NCBI RefSeq assembly: GCF_001194135.2
Contig: NC_068986.1
Location: 79,250,334-79,295,596, forward strand
DNA from: Octopus bimaculoides
Taxonomy: Eukaryota
Direction: 5' to 3'
DNA: 45,263 nt
Below, in pieces: positions 38,972 to 45,263 of this stretch (its first letter is position 1; every line of letters begins with the position of its first letter). The translations under genes were made by a program, and so were the position numbers. The notes beneath the pieces were generated by a model. That model saw only the letters and a program-made list of their open reading frames with translations. It made no database searches and had not been told where the DNA came from.

Positions 38972-38975
<4 letters not shown>
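38815..38975 (+). mobile_element. Second copy of the 21260 pseudo-LTR-like repeat with hammerhead-like motif
   Basis: UUU-CUGUCGA-A-GAGU guag AUUC-GAAAC-GUA-AAA at 38847-38880. Tail TTCCCGAGTATTAAACAAATACACTTGCTTG...TGTAAATTTGAATTATATA. Confidence 0.65.
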
Positions 38976-39024
<49 letters not shown>

Positions 39025-39025
<1 letters not shown>

Positions 39026-39594
39026 TGTATCGATTCTCTGGGACTTCCCATTACATACCGACATGGCTACAAAAGCTAATAAACTGGATATTATTATAAA
39101 AGAGCAGACAAAGAAGATTTGTTTATTAATTGACATGAGTATTCCCCGCGATCATAGTATAGCAGCGAAAGAATTTGACAAGATCAGTAAATATAAAGAC
39201 TTGCTAATAGAAATTGAAAAAAATGTGGCACCTCAAGGCGACTACTGTACCAATGATTGTAGGATCTCTAGGAATGATTAAAAAAGGTATTGAAATCTAT
39301 TTGAAAATGATACCAGGCTTACGACCTTTACAGGAAGTGCAAAAATTCGTGTTAACTGGAACGACTCATGTACTGAGAAGAACATTATCGCTGTGAAAAC
39401 AACATCCATTCATGAATTTTTTTTTATTTATTAATTTTTTTTTTAAATACATATTTTACCTGTGAATTTGCATGTGTAAACTGGGAAAGCATACAATGAG
39501 TTTCTCTGCCCTAGGTGTACGGAAAACACTCGGCGAGAAATGGAAGAAAATTTGAAGAAAGAAGAAAAAAATAACAACATAATAATGATAATAA
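39025..39594 (+). mobile_element. 5'-truncated R4/Dong-type non-LTR element (RLE endonuclease end + 3'UTR) within (TAA)n
   Basis: ILWDFPLHTD..KANKLDIIIKEQTKKICLLIDMSIP..KEFDKISKYKDL..MWHLKATTVPMIVGSLGMIKKG. Flanked by (TAA)n at 38975-39024 and a TAA-like tail at 39571-39594. Confidence 0.85.
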
Positions 39595-39670
39595 GGGTAA
39601 AATCATAAATGATTTTTACCAAGAGGTCGGCGCGGAAATAAAACCTCGTAGGTAAATTAATATAAATATT

Positions 39671-40108
39671 TTATAATTATATACATAATTATAATAAGGA
39701 CTTAGCTTGCGCCTCACAACGCACTGAAAAATAGACGTTAAAAGACACCATTGCCACCATAAATTCTCCGAGAAAATCACACTACATAGAGGCCAGTAGA
39801 AGAAAGAAAATGAATTACAAACTTTGGTTAACCGCGTACATGATCGTGTTTTGGGCTTAAAGTAATAAAAATTTTACCTTTCTGACTTCATCAGCGACGG
39901 AATACCCAGCCATTACATTAAGCCCGAAACACGACCATGTACGCGTCTAACCAAAGTTTGTAATTCATTTTCTTTCTTATACTTGCCTATATGTAGTGTG
40001 TTTTTCTCGGAGAATTTATGGTGGCAATAGTGTCTTTTAACGTCTATTTTTCAGTGCGTGGTGAGGTGCAAACCAAGCCCTTATTATAATTATGTATATA
40101 ATTATAAT
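39671..40108. mobile_element. Long foldback (two ~195-bp inverted arms, ~45-bp spacer)
   Basis: 39671-39866 is the near reverse complement of 39912-40108 (e.g. AAATGAATTACAAACTTTGGTTA / TAACCAAAGTTTGTAATTCATTT). Confidence 0.85.
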
Positions 40109-40485
40109 ATATGTATATATNNNNNNNNNNNNNNNNNNNNNNNNNNNNNNNNNNNNNNNNNNNNNNNNNNNNNNNNNNNNNNNNNNNNNNNNNNNNNNNN
40201 NNNNNNNNNNNNNNNNNNNNNNNNNNNNNNNNNNNNNNNNNNNNNNNNNNNNNNNNNNNNNNNNNNNNNNNNNNNNNNNNNNNNNNNNNNNNNNNNNNNN
40301 NNNNNNNNNNNNNNNNNNNNNNNNNNNNNNNNNNNNNNNNNNNNNNNNNNNNNNNNNNNNNNNNNNNNNNNNNNNNNNNNNNNNNNNNNNNNNNNNNNNN
40401 NNNNNNNNNNNNNNNNNNNNNNNNNNNNNNNNNNNNNNNNNNNNNNNNNNNNNNNNNNNNNNNNNNNNNNNNNNNNNNNNNNNNN

Positions 40486-41330
40486 GGGGGGGAATAGGGG
40501 GAGCGTGGAATTTCAAGAGGAAGCCATGGGGTATGACGTGATGGCGGAGACAGCGGCTAAGAAAGTTGAGATGGCTCGTGTGGCGGGTCTTTTTGAAAAG
40601 CAAGTAAGAGAGGCTTTTTGTGGGTTGCAAGCATTGTGGGGCAAAAAAAGAAGGAAAACGGCGAAGAAGGGACTGAAGATGTTGGAGGAAGGAGTGAAGC
40701 TCAGGCATGGTGAGAGGATGTGAATGTCGGTGTGGGTGTTATTAGTGGCGAGACAAGGGAAGGACGAGAAGGTAGAAGGAGAACGAGATAAAGGTGAAAC
40801 AAGTCGAAAAAAGTGGAAAAAAGTGTAAGAGTCACGGACAAATTTTGCTAATGTTCAATCAAGGTGCAGGAGAGGCAGATCCAACAGGAACAGTAGTCCA
40901 ACAGGAACAGTAATCCGAAGTAATAAAAGATTCCGGCAGTTGGGTACATCAAATCCAGTTGAAAGGCCAGGGTCCGTGTGAGCGTGCGTCATATAAGTTC
41001 AAAAAAACACAAAAAACAATAACAAAAAAACAATAAAGTGAGGACGTGATACGGATAGTGTTATTGGACGCTCGGGAAAGGAAGGAGAGAGAGTATGACG
41101 TTTCGGGCGGAGCCCTTCGTCGGAAAGACAGAAAGTTCGGAGAATGGAAAAACGGAGGAAGAGGAAAATGGCACCGATGCCCACGAGGTTACATTGTGAA
41201 AGGACCGGAAGAGGAGGTGGTGGGGGAAAAGTTCTTTCTAAGACAGGAGAGTGAAAAACGGAGGTGAATATCTGTGCGTGCGCGAGAGTCTGCGAGTGTG
41301 TTTGTGATAACAGAACGTGTGTGTGCGTAT
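40486..41330 (-). mobile_element. 5' end of a Penelope-like element: pseudo-LTR with HHR, 5'UTR and ORF start (ATG 40708)
   Basis: ORF contains RHTSHLNFLSRCLRHHVIPHGFLLKF, the PLE N-terminal H..FL..C....IP.G motif. HHR-like CCGACGA-A-GGGC ucc GCCC-GAAAC-GUC at 41123-41097. Cut by an N-gap. Confidence 0.8.
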
Positions 41331-41335
41331 GTATG

Positions 41336-41453
41336 TGTTATTTCTTTACTACCCACAAGGGGCTACACACAGAGGGGACAAACAAAGACAGACAAACGGA
41401 TTAAGTCGATTATATCGACGCCAGTGCGTAACTGGTACTTATTTAATCGACCC
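41336..41453 (-). mobile_element. 3' half of the SINE family seen at 36736
   Basis: Reverse complement of GGGTCGATTAAATAAGTACCAGTTACGCACTGG...AGCCCCTTGTGGGTAGTAAAGAAAT. Cut by an N-gap. Confidence 0.85.
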
Positions 41454-41806
41454 NNNNNNNNNNNNNNNNNNNNNNNNNNNNNNNNNNNNNNNNNNNNNNN
41501 NNNNNNNNNNNNNNNNNNNNNNNNNNNNNNNNNNNNNNNNNNNNNNNNNNNNNNNNNNNNNNNNNNNNNNNNNNNNNNNNNNNNNNNNNNNNNNNNNNNN
41601 NNNNNNNNNNNNNNNNNNNNNNNNNNNNNNNNNNNNNNNNNNNNNNNNNNNNNNNNNNNNNNNNNNNNNNNNNNNNNNNNNNNNNNNNNNNNNNNNNNNN
41701 NNNNNNNNNNNNNNNNNNNNNNNNNNNNNNNNNNNNNNNNNNNNNNNNNNNNNNNNNNNNNNNNNNNNNNNNNNNNNTGGCATACGAGTGGGTATATATT
41801 TATAAA

Positions 41807-42127
41807 AAAGAAGTTTGAAAACGCCAATATATAAAAAATGAATTTTAATTTAACATATTTCGGTTCTTGTAAAAACGAACCTTATCAAAACTACATATTT
41901 AAGGTCACTGCCATTTACCATTGTCAACAGGGACACTACTACTACTACTACAACCAACAAAAAATGCCCCCACGTGGACTATTGACACCAGTAAGGAACA
42001 ATTATGAACTCTTCATTTAATTTCATTTTATTAAATATGTAGTTTTGATAAAGTTCGTTTTTACAAGAACCGAAACATGTTACATTAAAATTCATTTTTT
42101 TATATATTGGCGTTTTCAAACTTCTTT
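41807..42127. mobile_element. AT-rich MITE with ~96-bp terminal inverted arms
   Basis: 41807-41902 versus 42031-42127 (AAGAAGTTTGAAAACGCCAATATATAAAAAA / TTTTTTATATATTGGCGTTTTCAAACTTCTT). Confidence 0.85.
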
Positions 42128-42309
42128 AATATATATATATATATATTACATATATATGTATAGGTAATGTATTTATGCACAAAGCAGTGAAAAAGTGTGA
42201 ATTTCTTCCCAAGTCAAATAAATTCATAGGACCATTTGGCCGGATTCTGTGGATTATATATTACTCTGTTTGACCAGATTCCGGTCCATCGCTAAAATAC
42301 TCTATTTTG

Positions 42310-42430
42310 CCAACTGAGTGGACTGAAGTAATGTGAAATAAATTGTTTTGCCAAAGAAGACAGAGCATCGTCCGGTACAGGAATCGAAACCAAAACCTTC
42401 CGATTATGCTTCCAACACCCCAACCGCTAC
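42310..42430 (-). mobile_element. Relic CORE-type SINE head
   Basis: CTGAGTGGACTGAAGTAATGTGAAATAAA...GGAATCGAAACC resembles 44200-44290. Confidence 0.5.
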
Positions 42431-43259
42431 CAAATAAGTCCTTGACGTCAGTCTGTTAATATATTTTAAACAGAAATATATGGTTGCTTCAATGTAATGG
42501 CAATATGTGAACGGCAATATTTTCATGTTCGTTACGTAAACAGTAGTTGAAAATATAATATCAGTGTATGTCTATCTGTGTATGTATGCATGTATGTATG
42601 CATGCATGTATGTATGTATGTATGTATCTATTTTATCTATCTATCCATCTATCTATTAACACACACACACACACATAAAATATAAATACACACACGCATA
42701 GACACAGGCAGACACACACGCACACACTAACACACGTACACACTCACGTACACACACACATATCTTTTTTATATCGTAGCTAAGGAAGATGTATCACGAT
42801 TAATAATATGCAAAACCTTCTGTGACCAATGGCAATTTGATTCCCTATATACAGGAAAAAACATTTGTCCATCACCACACAAAAGTTTGAAAGGAAGTGT
42901 TTCTTAATGATCAAATAGAAAAGAATATAAATTTAGTCTCGCACTCTATAAATGGGGTGAATGCATTAAGAAATTCCAAGCGCGTACATATAGCTGTCTA
43001 TAAAAATATAATGTATAGAATGATGTCATTCGTACTGATACATCTTCAATATAATGTAATATAATGGTTAAATATCTTAACACATGTAGTTTATCAATAT
43101 AGAAGCAAGCACACAAGCGTATCGTCCTACGATAAGTGATCAAACTGAATTCTAGGTTATGTACTAAACGTAAGAATATTTCATAAACAACAGGGATTAG
43201 CTTTTTACCTAATCACATGTGTAGGTTCATCAATCCTTCAAAGAGTCAGTTAGGTAGAA

Positions 43260-43620
43260 TTAATAAAATTATTGTAGGTTCCATTCATTACCATCACACA
43301 TATCATCGGATTACCTTTATGGAATAATAGCACATCAGTAATCAAGCTGTTTAATAGCTTCAAGGATAACCGTAATTGCAGCTTTACTCGGTTTATGGTA
43401 TAGAAGACTTTTATCCCACTATCACGAAACTTCTAATTCTAAAAGCTTCAGTGTTTGATAGTTCGTTTACTGATTAATGTGGTAATGGAAGTTCGAACCG
43501 GATTGCTTTTCCATCACATGTTTTTTTTCAGTTAAACGGAACGGCAATGGGTTTATCCGGTATGTGTATGAGTAATTATGACAGAGCAGAAATTGTAATA
43601 TAGATAGACAGTGCATACAA
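43260..43620 (+). mobile_element. Naiad-like PLE RT core fragment
   Basis: LWNNSTSVIKLFNSFKDNRNCSF..EDFYPTITKLLILKA..EVRTGLLF..MSNYDRAEI, compared with QW.NT..VI.WF, FDIEEFYPSI and MGSYDGAE. Confidence 0.65.
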
Positions 43621-43934
43621 ATAGTTTCAAAAGAATATCCTATTCATCATTATACCTGTATAGATTGTGAAAAGATTTTATAGAAAATTCATTAGATTAC
43701 CAGACAGATAATCTTAAGGTAGAGTTAAGTCAAAACCAATATTAAATATCATTAATTCTTTGGTCCCCTCTTCAAACCAACTTCTCCATAGAACACTCGC
43801 ATAAAAAAAAATCTAAGCATCCATAGTTTCGAAAAGTACACTCAATGATATTAATAAACGTTTTTTTTCCCAACATATCTTTGGACGAAACTTTTCAACA
43901 ATGGCGCTTATCATTATAATAATACTGCATTGAC

Positions 43935-43935
<1 letters not shown>

Positions 43936-43985
<50 letters not shown>

Positions 43986-44339
43986 AAAAAAGAAAGAAAG
44001 AAAGAAATAAAAGACCTCCTTCGGTCACGAATGATTATCGGAATCCACCTAGAAAGTTTTCTTGCAAGGTACAAGTCTGGGCAAGGTTGTTTATGGAAGA
44101 CCAGCAATCGCCCATGCATATCAGCGTCCCCTCTCCGTGCTACTGATGGAAAGGAAAAGCCGATACAACTTGGCATCAGTGACATCGCAACTCATTTCTA
44201 CAGCTGCGTGAACAGGAGCAACATGAAATAAAGTGTACTGCTCAAGACAGAGAGCAACAGACAGCCTGGTCCGGAAATCGAACTCACTACCTCGTAATCG
44301 TGAGCCTGATGCGCTAACCACTGAGCCATGTGCTTTCAC
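43936..44339 (-). mobile_element. Full-length tRNA-derived CORE-type SINE with (CTTT)n tail
   Basis: Minus strand: TGGCTCAGTGGTTAGCGC (box A), GAGTTCGATTTCC (box B), CORE-like CTTGAGCAGTACACTTTATTTCA..CAGCTGTAGAAATGAGT, and a (CTTT)n tail at 43936-44006. Confidence 0.85.
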
Positions 44340-45200
44340 AATAGTACAATAGATGGTAAATTTTAAGATATAAATTTCAAAGGATGCAGCATCCCAATAA
44401 CAAGCATACATGTAAAATGTCATTTCTAATATAGTAAAATAACTATTATATCTATTATATAAGTACCACTCGACTTTGCATAGAGACGACAAACTCATTA
44501 ATAAATACACAGGTAATTTCAGGTATAGATGCGCTGGAAATCATGACCGTTCAATCAGCAACAATTATCGCATTAGTCGTGCAACCGTATTATGAATATA
44601 TCCGATTCCTCCATTGAAAGTGCATTGAAAAAATATCGATGTGACTTAATAAGGTACTTCCGACTTTTCAAAAGGAATACAGATCTAATATAATGCGTTA
44701 TAACTCATTAGATCTATATAGATCCTGTGAGTTGTAACTCATTACGAACTGGTACATTATCCTTCGGATATTCAGAAAACAAATACTGGAAATTTTATGA
44801 CAATAACATTAAGATAGATTGCTTTGTCAACTAGTCAAAAGGATGCCAACTCTGTCTAAGAGAGAACATATATTTATATGACTGAACAAGAAGCCACGTG
44901 TGCTAAACTGTAGATAATAGAATAAAAAGTTTGAAAATACAAGCAGGGTACAATGAAATTAGTGTACATGTTCACGAAACCAAAACATATATTTTAACAA
45001 AACTAAAAGTAGTTTACATTTTTCAAAATGTCATCTTACAAATACTTTTATAAAATTTATAGAATATTATTTTTGTATATCATTATAGTATATTAAAACA
45101 AGAATCTAGACACCTATCGCAAGATATCATTAACTAACACTGAATCGTCAGTGTAACTAGGTGGTTGATCATATTGCACTCAAGTTGTATTTGAGAAACA

Positions 45201-45207
<7 letters not shown>

Positions 45208-45263
<56 letters not shown>
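45208..45263. repeat. (CT)n running off the window end
   Basis: Directly visible. Confidence 0.98.

Overview
AT-rich, microsatellite-dense eukaryotic DNA with ten N-gaps. The SINE families and repeat landscape look cephalopod, probably Octopus (inference). Almost all long ORFs in the supplied track are artefacts of N-runs or simple repeats. The window is mostly intronic/intergenic and packed with decayed mobile elements: Tc1, two mariners, a maT-like transposase, three RTE fragments, an R4/Dong-type end inside (TAA)n, several tRNA-derived SINEs, three foldback elements and many Penelope-like element (PLE) pieces from several lineages. One host exon candidate (19930-20488, +) encodes a signal peptide followed by a Cys-containing segment. 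The most notable signal is a set of minimal hammerhead-ribozyme (HHR) motifs from several PLE-associated repeat families. One family, present here as an inverted pair, fuses the GIY-YIG coding end, a tRNA-like Pol III promoter and a hammerhead in a single unit. A Naiad-like PLE fragment has TGA at a conserved Cys position, a possible selenocysteine relic. All family assignments are by motif recognition by eye, and TE boundaries are approximate unless TIRs are quoted.
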